Assembly (NCBI GenBank): GCA_001687465.1
Contig: LVLI01000101.1
Span: 62,001-126,000, forward strand
Source of the DNA: Halocafeteria seosinensis
Taxonomy: Eukaryota
Direction: 5' to 3'
Length of the DNA stretch: 64,000 nucleotides
Position 1 is the stretch's first letter. Every line of letters begins with the position of its first letter. The notes beneath the pieces were generated by a model that made no database searches, had not been told where the DNA came from, and saw only the letters and a program-made list of their open reading frames with translations. Of the stretch, positions 1 through 14,154 are shown piece after piece. Position numbers and translations under genes: made by a program.

Positions 1-1624
<1,624 letters not shown>

Positions 1625-1658
1625 TTCAATGTTGGCAAGTGCTATTCTTGCGAAAGCC

Positions 1659-2989
1659 TCATGATTGTCCAACTACTGAGAACAAAAACTTCGCCTCCAA
1701 GGGTCCAAAGTCTGGCAAGTCGGTACAATGGACCGCGTTCCTGGCACTATCAATGCCGTATTTAGCTCGTATGGAGTCGGGTTCGAGAATCTGGGCAATT
1801 GATGTATCATATGGACCACATAACTCTCGCACTCGTTCCACTATATTATCCCCCCGTATCAGTAATACAACTGATTTTCCTTCCGTTACTGTATCTATCC
1901 ACCGTGGATGCTCTGGTACAACACCCCTGTAGACAAAAGGAACCAGTAGTTTACGTGTGAAACTTACCGCGCTTAGAACCATACTATATCACGCCTTAAG
2001 CTTACTTGTATCCTTCAAAAAGATCTGCGGCATCATGCTTATCTATCGCCAGTAGCCTGATCCCGCATATTTCCATGTCCTGCTTCAAAAAAGCATCGAT
2101 GATATTGCCCGTATTTCGCGCTTTTACTGCATGTGGCTTTATAATAACGGCTGTGCAGTTATCAAAAATTAGAGGCTGCGAATGTCGTTTCTCGAAGATG
2201 TAGTTAATTTCATATTCCACATCTTCAGGTAAGGATCCGTGTACAGCGTTCTGCACTGAATCCGAGCCGTATCGAGCCCTGCAACCAACTTCAACGTATC
2301 GTATAATAAAGTGATTCTGATAAACATAGCGAAGATAATTTCATACCTAATAGAATTTGGAGCTACTTCTCTTGCTTTTGACGGATCGCGGGGGCCCATT
2401 AGCTCTTGCCATTTCGCCACCGCATCATCCCCTGTTAATTCAAAGACTACCGTTGCGTCCCTCGTTAATAAGTCACACATTTGTTCATATTCTGCGAAGT
2501 CTCTCCGTGGTTTATAGAATTCTTCGGCTTCCTTTCTGGAGAATTCTATTAGCGTCATACGACCCAGATCGAGTCCCTGGAATTAGCCGAAAGTGTGACC
2601 GCTGATGAAGCCGAGCAACGAAATGCTACACGTGTACCTACCGAATCAGCTGCTTCTTGCAGAACCTCACCAAGAAAAGGGTAAGCATCAGGCTTGACCA
2701 TCCCGCAAGTCTTCCCCCGCTTCTTGGAAAATACCTCTTTCGTTGCGTGGTCCAAGTAGTCTTCTACGTAGAGCGGGCGCGACAACACAGTCACGTAATT
2801 GCCAACAAAAAACTCCTCCAATTCAACATCTTCCGGAGGGACCGTTCGCTTAAGAAAGGTCTTCCTATTTTGTACATCGAATAATTCCACTGCTCCATCC
2901 TCCTTGAAATAGCACAGGTTGAATTTGCGCTTGCGTCCGCTATGGGGCTCCTGCCATTCCACTCTAAAGTTGTATTTATCCGCCGACAT
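1659..2989 (-). CDS. NME7: Nucleoside diphosphate kinase 7 (DM10 + two NDK domains)
   Basis: N-terminal DM10-like domain (YNFRVEWQEPHSG...LFDVQNRKTFLKRT). NDK-A carries NAVHGS and NDK-B carries NAVHCTD. Three GT-AG introns. Confidence 0.93.
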
Positions 2990-3450
2990 TTTGGGTCAGA
3001 TACGGCATCCACAAGAAAATATGATTACCGAATTCAGACCCTAGGCTAGCGTATCAGCCTTGCAAGCTCTCGAATTGATGTGAATGACCCAATCGCCGTT
3101 AAAATGTGCAGCTCCTCTGTTGATGGTTTTCCGGCTCTCCGCGAGATGCAAAACGGCACCGATGGTATTGGATCAATTGATATATGCAGAGTCAACAGTG
3201 AATTCATACATAAACATCAATCATCGAGCCGTGGATGCGATACATGCCGGATTTAACGTATGATTTCCTAAGGAGGCAGAAAGATTGTTCGGTTACCCGA
3301 GCTTCACAGACCGACTGTCGACATCGCTAAGATGGCTTCCATTGTGTTTCGCAGAACTGATATGAAGGGTGATGCACTTTAGGAAAGTCCATAGTTGGAT
3401 GCCTCATCGAGGCGGCAACAAATAACATAGAGCTAAGATCCCCTGGGATA

Positions 3451-5124
3451 ATGGTGATATCACCGTTCTCTGCACGATGTCGATGGAGCCACGTACCTCT
3501 CATTATCGTAGTCATTATCGCCCTAGCACTTCCTACTTCGGGGGAAACCACAGACCACGCATTTGCGGGTGTCGATACTGAAGGACAGCAATGTATGTGC
3601 AAACCTCATGGTTAGAGCTTCAGGAGCTCAGGAGCTGAACTACAAGATTGATTTTGCAGATACAGATAGAGGTTCTCCGACGGCCCCTCCGAGGCCGAAG
3701 AAGAAGAAGTTAGCTTGTGGTGGAAGTGCGCAGTACACAGTGCCGCTCTCTGTACAAGACGATGGAATATGTGATTGGTATGGCTACAGTTTTTCTGGTT
3801 GCCATGTGGCGCATTGTGTTCACAAGTGGCTGTCCTGTGTGAGACCTGCAGCTGCAATTGTGCCGACGAACCGTCAATAAAGGCGAAGCTTGATAGAAAT
3901 AGTTTAGAATATGGATGCAAGTTTGTTCATGAGACACTTAATGACTGGTTAGAACTGCGTGCCGAGGCGCACTACAGCGGTGCACGAATCAACAGGAAGT
4001 ATCAGCTGAATACGGCGCAGGCTGAACTAAAGCAAGCGTATTTTTCTGATTTGGCGTCTAGCGCCAGGGAAGCTGCTCATGAGTATATTTCTCAGTATAG
4101 AAGCATGCAGCAGCAGTTGCGCGAGAGGGATGTCATCCAAGACGCCGCCAGCGCTATGCAGGCACTACAGCGGAGCTATTTTTATGCTAAGGAGGCTTCA
4201 CTACATTATGCACTAATGGATGCCCTCAGCAATACTAATTTTGGGCCTAATTATAAGTTAATGAACTTCCTCTTTGTCAACTGTACGGAATCGGAGGCAC
4301 TAAGTGACAAGACTATCAAGGGAGGAAGCACGACAGTCATCCCCAAGAGGTATAAATTCCGGTTTTGTCCATTTTATAACGCGACACAAGTGGAAGTGGA
4401 TCCTCTCGCTTGGAAAGAGGAGGAAGAAAAATCCAAGGGAGGAGAGATATCGCAGAATAAAGAGGGTCATCCTGAGGCAGCTGAGAACAACCTCGGCTAC
4501 TGGCTTGGCCAATACGAAACCGTGCGAACCACTTACACTCAAAGCCTCCATCGCGCCTTTCACACCTTAAAGGATAAGTCCACCAAAGTGGGGATGAACG
4601 AACCCTGGGACAAATGGTTACATCAAATTCAGCATTTTTTTGGTCAGTGCCTCCCGACAGACCTGGATGATGTCTCACAAGCTGAAGAGCAAGATACCGC
4701 AGCATGCTTCAACCGTAGAAAGCAACATCTGCTTGACGCAAAGCAAAAAAATGTTGACCCTCTACACATTATGGGGATCGATCCCTTTTCTCCATTTGAA
4801 GGGAATGCAGAAGCAACAAATTTCTCTGAAGTAGAGCTAGGCAACGCCCTCGCGACAGAACGTCTCGGAATGGTATACGAAAACGGAGAATCATGCGGAG
4901 AAGGAATGCTTCGGAGCACTCGTGTGCGGTTCGTTTGTGATGATGGAAAAATGAATTATCGCGGTAATTCGCTCTCCGAGGAGACGGATAGTCCNCTCAG
5001 ACTGCTAGATGTTAGGGAAGACGGATCATGCAGCTACCTGTACACGGTGGGGACCCCTTTTTCCTGCAATTTACGCACTGGCAAAGCGATAAAATCACTG
5101 CTTAGTCAGCGCAGGATGAAATAA
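3451..5124 (+). CDS. Glucosidase II beta subunit (PRKCSH/GTB1)-like protein, divergent
   Basis: Signal peptide MVISPFSARCRWSHVPLIIVVIIALALP. Splicing 3593-3659 and 3778-3851 rebuilds DDGICDCCNCADE (LDLa-like). A coiled-coil middle leads to an MRH domain (YKFRFCPFYNATQ...LGYW...YENGESC...RSTRVRFVC...VREDGSCSY). One ambiguous base near 4995. Confidence 0.8.
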
Positions 5125-5479
5125 TCAGTGTCCTCTGTTCAGTGGGTTTTTAAGAGAAAAACGCAACCTTCATAGTAAGAGTATTTGCAGTGTCATGATT
5201 CACAGAAACAGATTCCAAGTGCACAACCATACGAGAAATATCCTTATACTAGTTGCTTCAGCGAGCGAGATTAATCGATTACCACTGATGAGTAGATCTC
5301 TACGCATCTATAATAGTCCTTTCTCCCATCATAAAAGTACACAGCATACCGCTTGTCACCATGTTTGCCAGCAGCGCAACATACCACAGTTCTTCTCCAT
5401 GAGGGGATTCTTTCACATCCACAAAACAAATTATTAACAATACTTCTTCCATCATATTATGCGTAAATAAGATGCCAGC

Positions 5480-7066
5480 TCATTCATAGTCGTCTTCATC
5501 CCTTTGAGCCATGTTTGCCAGCGAAGCCATGTTGTCACCAAAGAGGCCAGAAGCAGGATGCATCGAAGACTCCCATGGAGCTTGAAACATCCTCGGGACG
5601 GCGGGATCGGATACACCCGCACTGCCGTATGAAAATTCTTGCTCACTGCCCAACGTCTTCTCATTCCCATTCTGTGAAGGCGTAGTTTCCTTCTCCGATG
5701 CTTCTCCTAGATCGGTAGCGGCCAGTCTAGCTGAAATACTGTCTTCAAAGTAAGATTCAGACTGTTGAAGCGAAGACATTCCATGAGAACTACACTCTTG
5801 CTCCCTTCCTGAGTAGCCACTTTCTTCAGGTTCATCAGCGTCTAAAGAGGAGCTAAAAACAACGAAACTGCTATAAAATGCGTTTGTTTCGTCATCGTAC
5901 CCATGTTCATCGTTCTCGGTGGCAGCCAACTTGGTAGCTTCATCAACGTCCGCTGTTAACAATCTCGGGAAGGTGTCAGACTCTTCATCTCCTACAACAA
6001 GTCCACTAGTGCTATCGGAAGCTGCATCATCCTGGTCGTTAACGTCAGCTGAAACCATGGTGGATCGAAATTCTGAGTGAGAACAGCCCCAACTAGCTGC
6101 CGGATCCCAGTTAGGGGATCCAATAGACCGCTGTTTCGAGAAATTCGGATCTCCAGCATAAGCACTGTTGGAACTCTGGTGGAATGCATTCTGAATTTGA
6201 CCCTTGCCTTCTTGTTCTTGGGTATACGCAGAACTGCTGACCGGGTATGTCGACTGATATGTCAACCACTTCGACGCATCATTGGGATCAAATTCATGTT
6301 GTCGCCTGTACACTTGTGCATGTTTAGACATAGGTGGCTGCTCTGACGAATAGCTTCGATGAGTGAGGTGTTGCTCAGCCATTGGCATCTGAGAATGTGG
6401 ACGATCGTGAGAGCTTGCGGCGTGCACCATCCCATGGGGAAACTGTTGCTGGGATGATCTCACACCCCAAGGGTTGTCTTTCTGTTGAGAATAGTACGGT
6501 GTGTTACTCGGGGATATCACCTGGGGTAGGCTCGAATAGCCTTGTGCTGAATTTGGCTGTCTTGGGGGCTGCGTGGGAGGCATCGGTGGCTGACTTGGAA
6601 GCGGAGGCTGTAGCCGCTGAGTTGCAGGAGGTGCAGGAGCGCGAGGAAACATATTCACACTCTGATTTCCATAATGCTGTCCTGGATACTGCTGCGGCGG
6701 CATCGGGGGCTGCATCGAGCTCCCATACTGATTGTAGAAGTACCCGTAAGGCCTTGGAGGCGCCACTGTACGTGGCGGCGTCGGGCCTGTGGCGGTATAA
6801 TTCGCCATGTCTTCCCCTACAACCTTGACCTGCCTTCGTTTTTTGCCTCCTCGTGACTTTTTCGACCGATTCTTGGTCTTCTTACCGTCCTTACCTTTTC
6901 CCGTGCTAGCACTTGAAGCCTACGCCGCTTCCTGGTGCTGAGAATGTTGTCCATTGTCTTCCACTGACGTCGCCGATGTTGCCGAAGATCCAAATGTGTA
7001 TACCGTGGACGATTGACTACACGCTGAGCCGCCCATATGGTGGACAGAAGGCTCGTGGGAACTCAT
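5480..7066 (-). CDS. Hypothetical intrinsically disordered protein (Lys/Arg patch, P/Q/Y-rich, acidic tail)
   Basis: 442-aa ORF whose frame stays open upstream through KKTKNRSKKSRGGKKRR to a TAG. An in-frame ATG at 7066 plus an 84-nt GT..AG intron (7003-6920) gives a continuous CDS. Confidence 0.6.
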
Positions 7067-7602
7067 TTTCCACTCTCGAGGGAACCCTTTTTTGGCCCCC
7101 TGTGATACGCCTTGCGTAGGATCGTGATACGGCTACACACAGCCGCCGTACGACGGGGGGAGGAGGAAGCGCACCCCACAGTTATGCAAGACTGTTTTCT
7201 GTTCCTGCTTGAACAATACAATCCGTTCTAACTGTGTAATTAGTAGCAACGAAGGCGGCACGCGACGCAAGTATCAATGTACAGCAGCTTATCTCCGCGG
7301 AGTTAATCGAGACTGGAACGGCGTTCTAGTGGAATTTCCCACCCCGCCCCAAGGCGGGAAATACGGACTATATGAGACGCCTCTGGATGGTTATTCTCGC
7401 CTATACTATAATACTGGAAAGCTTGAAAATTTTACATGACATGTGTTGCTTTTGATCTCTGAGTGAGTCGCGGGATCGGTTATGACGTGCACTGCCACTG
7501 TGCGTGGTACGCCACGTCGGCGAAACAATCATCGCAAACCTAATGGAAATACAAGCCATGACTCAAGTGTGGCAAGACAAGAAATATTGAACAGTATTTG
7601 AG

Positions 7603-9269
7603 TCATGCCGTTATGTGATCAACTACATGGGAAGTCACATCGCTTCCAATGTCTTGAGTCAAAAGCAACGGGCGGTTGACAATCCTCATATGGTTCAAAA
7701 GCAGTCCACCAAATGTTTGGAAGTTAACATGGACGATCTTCCAGGGTGTGCGAAGTAACTTGAGTTTCGATGCCATTGCGCGTTCGTGAGATGGGGCATA
7801 TGGGTCCACCTTGGACCATGCTACACGCAGTCCCCGCTTCACGAGAGATAAGACTTCCTCGCTGGATTCTCCATTCATGGAGGGGTCTTGACACTGATGC
7901 TTCGATCCTGACCCAGCTTTGCTGAAACTGTAAGAGGAATTCCCGAGGACATGAGGGTACTTCACTAAATCGTAGCACCGGAAACAAGTATGCAGTTCGA
8001 GCTTTTCTTGGCGCAACTTCCTAAACGTATGCAGGGTTGTATCCTTGAGAGCTGAATTATTCCCTCTGCATCGATTTTCAAGAGCAGTTAGATGTGGTGG
8101 GTAAGCGAGTAGCGAAGACGACCAAAATGGGACCTGCAAATATGAGAACATTAGTATCAGCAACGTAACATGTCGTCACCTAACCGCACGCCGCGTACTT
8201 TATCGTCTGCATCAGAATTTCCGAACGAAACCAAGTTTTCGAATCGGTTCAACCCCTTCCAAAATGCACCGCTGCAATCGAGAAAAACCATCAGCGTGTA
8301 GTACCCTGGTTTCCATATTATGAACTTTAACTACTTACTCCATTTGGGTCATATTGACTAGCAAGGGCACACTGCTCGGAGAGCTGCTTGGAAAAGAAAG
8401 GAAAAACGCTATCAATCAGATTTGAGCAGATTCTATGAGATATAATATTCCCACTTACTCGGTATCTTTTAACATTACCTCTCGTCCGGTTTTCCCGAGT
8501 AAACCGAGGTCCACTGCCGCTTCATATAGCCAATTGATGTGTCTTCTCGTGCCAATGTGAGGAGTAGCTATAGTCACAAAGTGACGAAATCGGATATTCT
8601 CTCCAAATTTTTCGTGGAGCAGACCTATGGCATATCGACAGTAAAGGCCACCCAGTGAGAGTCCTATCATCGATAAAGAGTTAATTGAAGGTTCACGCTC
8701 GATCAACTTCTCGATAGCATAGGATAGCTCAGCACCACCACTGCAGCAAAGATCCATCCTCGTAGTCGAATGTCCAACATGGGGACCTGTAGCGGAAGAC
8801 TTACTTCTCAATACCTCGACTAGTGTACACAATGGAATCCAGTCTCCCGTTCGGTCCCGTGTTAGCATGTGAGTTGTAGAGCACCATTTGAGAGTTGGGA
8901 CAAAAGTACACCTCCTGGGACAGGGAGAAAGGAACATCTGCTTCACTTTCGTCTGGAGACTGTATCCAAGGTGCCAAGTGACATGGACCGTGTCGGTCTA
9001 TCAATTTAAGTAATACATCTTCAAGGGATTTCGGGGTTCCGTGTAGCCCATGGCTTAACACCACCAGATGTTGTTTGCTCTTCCCGTTCCGTGCTGCAAC
9101 AGTTGCGCATGCATTATTTAGGCACCTTATGCTACGGTTTGGGGTTCAATTACGTACCGGGGAACGTCTCCGCGTCCAAGGAATGCGTCTCCTCGGCACT
9201 GACGGATGGTGGAACACCGAGTAGTGCCAAGACAAGGCATAATTGATAGAGTGCTCTGATCATCATCAT
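7603..9269 (-). CDS. Secreted DUF676-family alpha/beta hydrolase (putative lipase)
   Basis: Signal peptide MMMIRALYQLCLVLALLGVPPSVSA, HLVVLSHGLHG, nucleophile elbow GLSLGG and FVTIATPHIG. Several short introns, the first at 9157-9094. Confidence 0.85.
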
Positions 9270-9654
9270 ATGACTAGGACTCTTCGATACCGTTGCTAGA
9301 GGAAAACGGCGACATAGACAATGCTGGTTCAACGATTTCGTGCACAATCCAGGATACGCCATGAGTCTTCACACGCGGTGTTCTGTACAGCATCATTATG
9401 CAGTGCAAGCTAATTCTCCCTTGGTGAATGACGGACCTAAGGAAGACGGTAGCAGCCAAGCCCATCGAACCATACAATCACCGAAGTAAACGAAGTAGAT
9501 AACTCCCGGCAATTTCTATGTGGCGATTCCTGTGTATTTGATCTCAATGCTGTGAAACCCAAGACAGCATAGAACACGGAATGCACAAAACACACTCGAA
9601 CCATGAATAAAACCAAGTCAACATAGGAACACAAAAGTGGATAACACTACAAAA

Positions 9655-11941
9655 CTAGATGGATAATTTCTCGGTGAAACGTGCAGTTGAAAGATTGGAT
9701 ATACCTTCCAGTTCACTAAGCCTCATCTTCAAGCTGCGAGGAATCGCTTCATCCGTAGTGAGGATACAGAGAGCAGGGTAGCCAATTGCCTGACGAGAAA
9801 TTCCCATATTGGCAATATTAATGCCATGCTCCGCAAGCACACGAACAACGTTGGTGACGGCTCCAGGGCGATCAATGTTGTTGAACAAAACAAGGTGACC
9901 CTGCGATCAATAAAACTCGTGGTGAACGTACGTAACTTGGACAACATGCTGTCTCCATGTGCAACCTTACCTTTGGAGAGAAGGTGGGGAAGGAAGACCA
10001 TTCATCTATTTGTACTATGCGAGGCTGATCATCCAAGAGAGATCCCGTAGCACTACGGAATTTGCCTTGTTCGTCCTTAGCGACCACACGTAGAAGTGTT
10101 CTATAATCAGCCAAAGAAGTGTGATCGAAGCTGTCATCCCACGGGGTCATTTGATTGGATCTGCAGCATGGCGACATATACAGTACATTAAAGCCAACAT
10201 GACAGTGACGCAATGCTTCACATACGAGACTTGAATTCCCTTTTCATCAGCAAGGAATGGTGCACTGATTAGATTCACGACTGATTCGGGGATATCTTGA
10301 CGGATGACGGGGAGCATCCCAGTGAGGGTGCTGCAGCTCAGCAAGTGCTTCATTTCATTGGAAACCTTGGCGTCACTCTTGATTTCGGCAGAAACATGGC
10401 GAATCGGGCTAGATCCGTCCATTAGCTGACCGACCAGAGTTCCTAAGTGTTCGGCAAGCTTAACGAATGGTTTTGCTTGCTTAGTTTGGGCCAAGGCCAC
10501 ATGAGGAGCGTTAACGACGCCATAATAGCGGCTTCCATCAAACGCGTCCACCATTTGCTTCGCAATATCGACAGCAACCTTAATCTGTGCTTCTTCAGTA
10601 GAGGCACCAAGATGAGGAGTACAAACGACATTAGGATGATTGATCAGAGGCCGGAGATTATCTTCGGGCGGCTCTTGCGTGAAAACATCAAGGGCAGCCC
10701 CACCAACATGACCTGAGTAGCGGGAAATGAAGGGAGAATAAACATATTTTTACATCAGCGTGCTAATCATCCATAACGATCAACAACTCACCATCTTCGA
10801 GCTTTTCATATAGTGCTTGCTCGTCAATTACACCACCCCGGGCAGCATTAACAAGCAGAACCCCCTTCTTCATCTGTTCAATTTGTTCCTTGCCGATCAT
10901 ACCTTTGGTACCATCACCCTGGGTACCACAAATCCAAACGCAGTGTCACAGCGACTGTATCAACAACATATATTGGCTCACTTGGACCGACATACCGGAA
11001 CGTGCACAGAAATGATATCACTAGTAGAATACAAGGCATCAAGAGAAGATGCACGCTCGATACCGAGTTCGGAGGCGTCCTCTTGAGTCAGTTGAGGGTC
11101 ATATCCTACAACATGCATGCCAAATACGTTGCACCATCGGCAAACCTCACGGCCTATAGCTCCGGTACCAATAACACCAATCTGCTTTCCTTTGAGCTCG
11201 CTACCACTGAATTGCTTGCGTTCCCATTTGCCAGCCTTCAAGCTTCCCATAGCTTGAGGCATTTGTCTAACTAAAGAAAACAACAGAGACATCGCCAATT
11301 CAGCAGCACTTCTGGTATTTCCACCTGTTCAAACGGATTCATGTCAAAGGTGGGACCGATCTCTACCGATTTTTTTGAGTCAACATACCCGGAGTGTTCA
11401 TTACGAGGATACCTCTTCTTGTAGCAGCTTCCTTATCAATATTGTCAGTTCCAGCTCCAGCACGGCCAATGAGACGAAGTTGTTGACCGTCCTGTACATC
11501 AAGAAACCACCTTTATAGGCATCCACTAAGGACGCACAAACAACATAAAGAGACGTACTTTAAGCAAATCTTCCGTTACTTTAGTTGCGCTTCGCACAAC
11601 AATGGCGTCGAATTCCCCAATCATCTGTTCGAATATAGCCATCGACGCATACTAGTTCTGATTTGAGTGCCTTGCATTTCACTCGATCAACTAACCTTCT
11701 TAAGTTCAGCTTCATCAGTCTTAGGCCTTTCTACTATAGAGTGGCCAGCTTCTTCGAACACTTGAGCAGCAGCCGGATTGATTCCATCGCACAGCAGAAC
11801 TTTGGCAAGGTCGATTCCGCTTGCATGGAAGCCTCGCATTGCCGGGGTGAATTGAGGCTGCTGTTTGGGGAGCATAGCACCTCCGAAGATACCTCGGCGG
11901 CCAGCATTGGCCAGAAACAATTGTCGACCTCCAGAAATCAT
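9655..11941 (-). CDS. PHGDH: D-3-phosphoglycerate dehydrogenase (type I, with ACT domain) with N-terminal presequence
   Basis: Motifs [33 protein letters not shown] and TPHLGAST, and a C-terminal ACT domain (NIDRPGAV...HGINIANM). Multiple GT-AG introns. Confidence 0.93.
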
Positions 11942-14154
11942 TTTATAGTGCGAAATGCCTGCGCTAGGAACAAGGCCCACAAAGAAAAAGTGAGCGCCAA
12001 GGGGAAGAGGAGGTATGACCGAGTGACCCCATCGGAACAGCCAGAACTTAGCCCCAAACCCGAAGCCAAAATGTGCGTCATTTACGCCATCAGGGAAGCA
12101 TGGAAAGCTGGTATATCGTTCCCCGGGATATATATCGTGAAACAATCTCGCTACATACCTGTTTCAGAAAAGCAGTAAATATGTACTATTCGATAAAGGC
12201 GTGAGAACAGTCAGAATACCTCCTGGAACGCGCTAAATAAAGAATGTTTCACAGCAATTGAGTAGCACAAGCCACAAGATAGACCCAAGCACATGTAATA
12301 AGAGTGAAACGTACACACTCTGTATCGAACAATCCGCTGGTTAAGTGCTGCTCAGCGGCTGATAATAACCATGATGGCTATGTAGTGGATGTGAAGGTCA
12401 ACTTCAAATAGCTGACTCCTCGATCGATGGGATGCTGCTGCACTATATCCACTGCAATGTGTTGTGGACCGGGAACTGCAGGATATGCACCGTATTCTCA
12501 TTTACTTGATGGATCCTTCATTCCAGCCAGGCGGCCCGACGCACATCGGTCTCATGAAGACATTTGAAAATGTTGGATGCGGTCAACTTCCCGGCCGGTG
12601 GGCTATCTGTCACATATATGTGTGTGTACTGGCTCATTGATGACAATCAAATACGGTGGAAGTACAGAATGATGGAGGGAAAAAAAATGGTAGAAACGAT
12701 GATTATGGGAGCCAAGAATACAAATATTCCGTCATGATATGTGCCGCTATGGTCTTAAACGGGTACAAACTTGGCCTGGCTTTGTGGCTTGTGCAACGTT
12801 GCTAACGTTGCTAGTCAGACTGACTCAACAGATCTTTCAATTGTACATGGAGGCTCATAGAATACCATTGGTGATAGGGTAGAGATAATACTTATGGCCT
12901 CATAATCCACATGAATTCTTCCTGTGTGAAAACTTCAGGGGAACGAACAATTCCTGGAGAGTGAACTTCCAGTCACATATACATGGAGCCACAATAAGGT
13001 CACACGGCCAAAGTCCAGTTGAAACTTCTCCACTCCTCATGACAGCACCATGCAATTATCCATGAATTATCCAGAGTCTCACCACCAGACCAGAGCTCGT
13101 AGCTTCCTGGGTGGCTTCCAACTTACGCAGGCTGGCTAGGTTCTTCATATGCTGAGTCAGGGACAGTGCTGCACCGCACCCTACCTAACGGGGGCATCTA
13201 CATTTGCCTAGCTACTTGCTCTGACGCTCTGGTGGCAAGAAGGGGTGTGAACTCTTGACGGAGAGCATTTGTACCGTAGAGTGTAGAGGGCGGCACTACG
13301 GTTGAGGACTGGGTAAGACGAGAAGTGTCCCTCATTTGTTTCTCGCGGGTGATAAGTGTCCCACTATGAAGTAGGCACACACACGAAGTAGGTCTGAGCA
13401 AAGTTCACTTTCGGATTGCGTATTTGCCCATTTATCTACGCATTAAGTAGTGAGCCTGCTCGGACTCCACTCCACTCCAGTCTTCTGATTGCCTGATACA
13501 TGCTCTTCCACCAAAAAATTCACCTCATACAGATCTAGTATACCAATAAAAAAAGCGACGGAGAAATCTCGGCAGAATCTTAGAAATCCCAGTGGGGAAC
13601 CGGGAGCCAACACTCTCCGGCCACCGGCGGCCAGGTAAACCGTTGCAACCTTGATGGCAACGGACACACAGATCCCGGATCCTGGGGACAATCGATTGAG
13701 TGAAAGTATTGAAGAATTTGAGCAATCTAGTTTGCTGAAGAGACAGAGTAAGTGCTTCATCTTCTTCCGTATTCATCCGTCCGAACGTTGTTTTCGTATG
13801 GATTGTCCTGGATCGGAGAGGAAATCCACAGCCGTTGTCCCCCTTGGTTCTGGCGAACAAAAAGGGTTTTCCAGTTGAAATCTACCTCTTGTTTTCCCTT
13901 CATTTGCCGTTTTTATGGTCATATGAGTTGCCTTCCGGTGTTTCTACTCCTTTTTAGATGGTGTAGAAGTCTGTCCAATCGCTGCCCCTTGCCAGGCGTC
14001 GGCAAAGAGAAGGAAAGAACAAAGTGACAACAGCCCCTTTTCCGTCCCCTTTTCTCATCTGACACCTGCCTTTTTTGTCCGTGCTTGTTCACCCTGTTCC
14101 TTGTTATGATACAGGCGTTTGTCCTCTCCTCAAGACCGTACTATTTCCTGAACT

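Noticed and set aside
5285..5307. Hammerhead-like CTGATGA followed by a GTAG/CTAC stem
   Set aside because: The required GAAA after stem II is GCAT, and I found no stems I or III.
6920..6922. Stop-codon reassignment of TAG
   Set aside because: TAG terminates several conserved genes here (PHGDH, TTC36, TAF8), and an intron explains this site.
7095..7160. Small GC-rich hairpin cluster upstream of the disordered-protein gene
   Set aside because: Stems are only 4-6 bp, as expected by chance, and no RNA family motif is present.
12426..12460. DAAALYP resembling a polymerase/RT motif A
   Set aside because: No further polymerase motifs and no long ORF.
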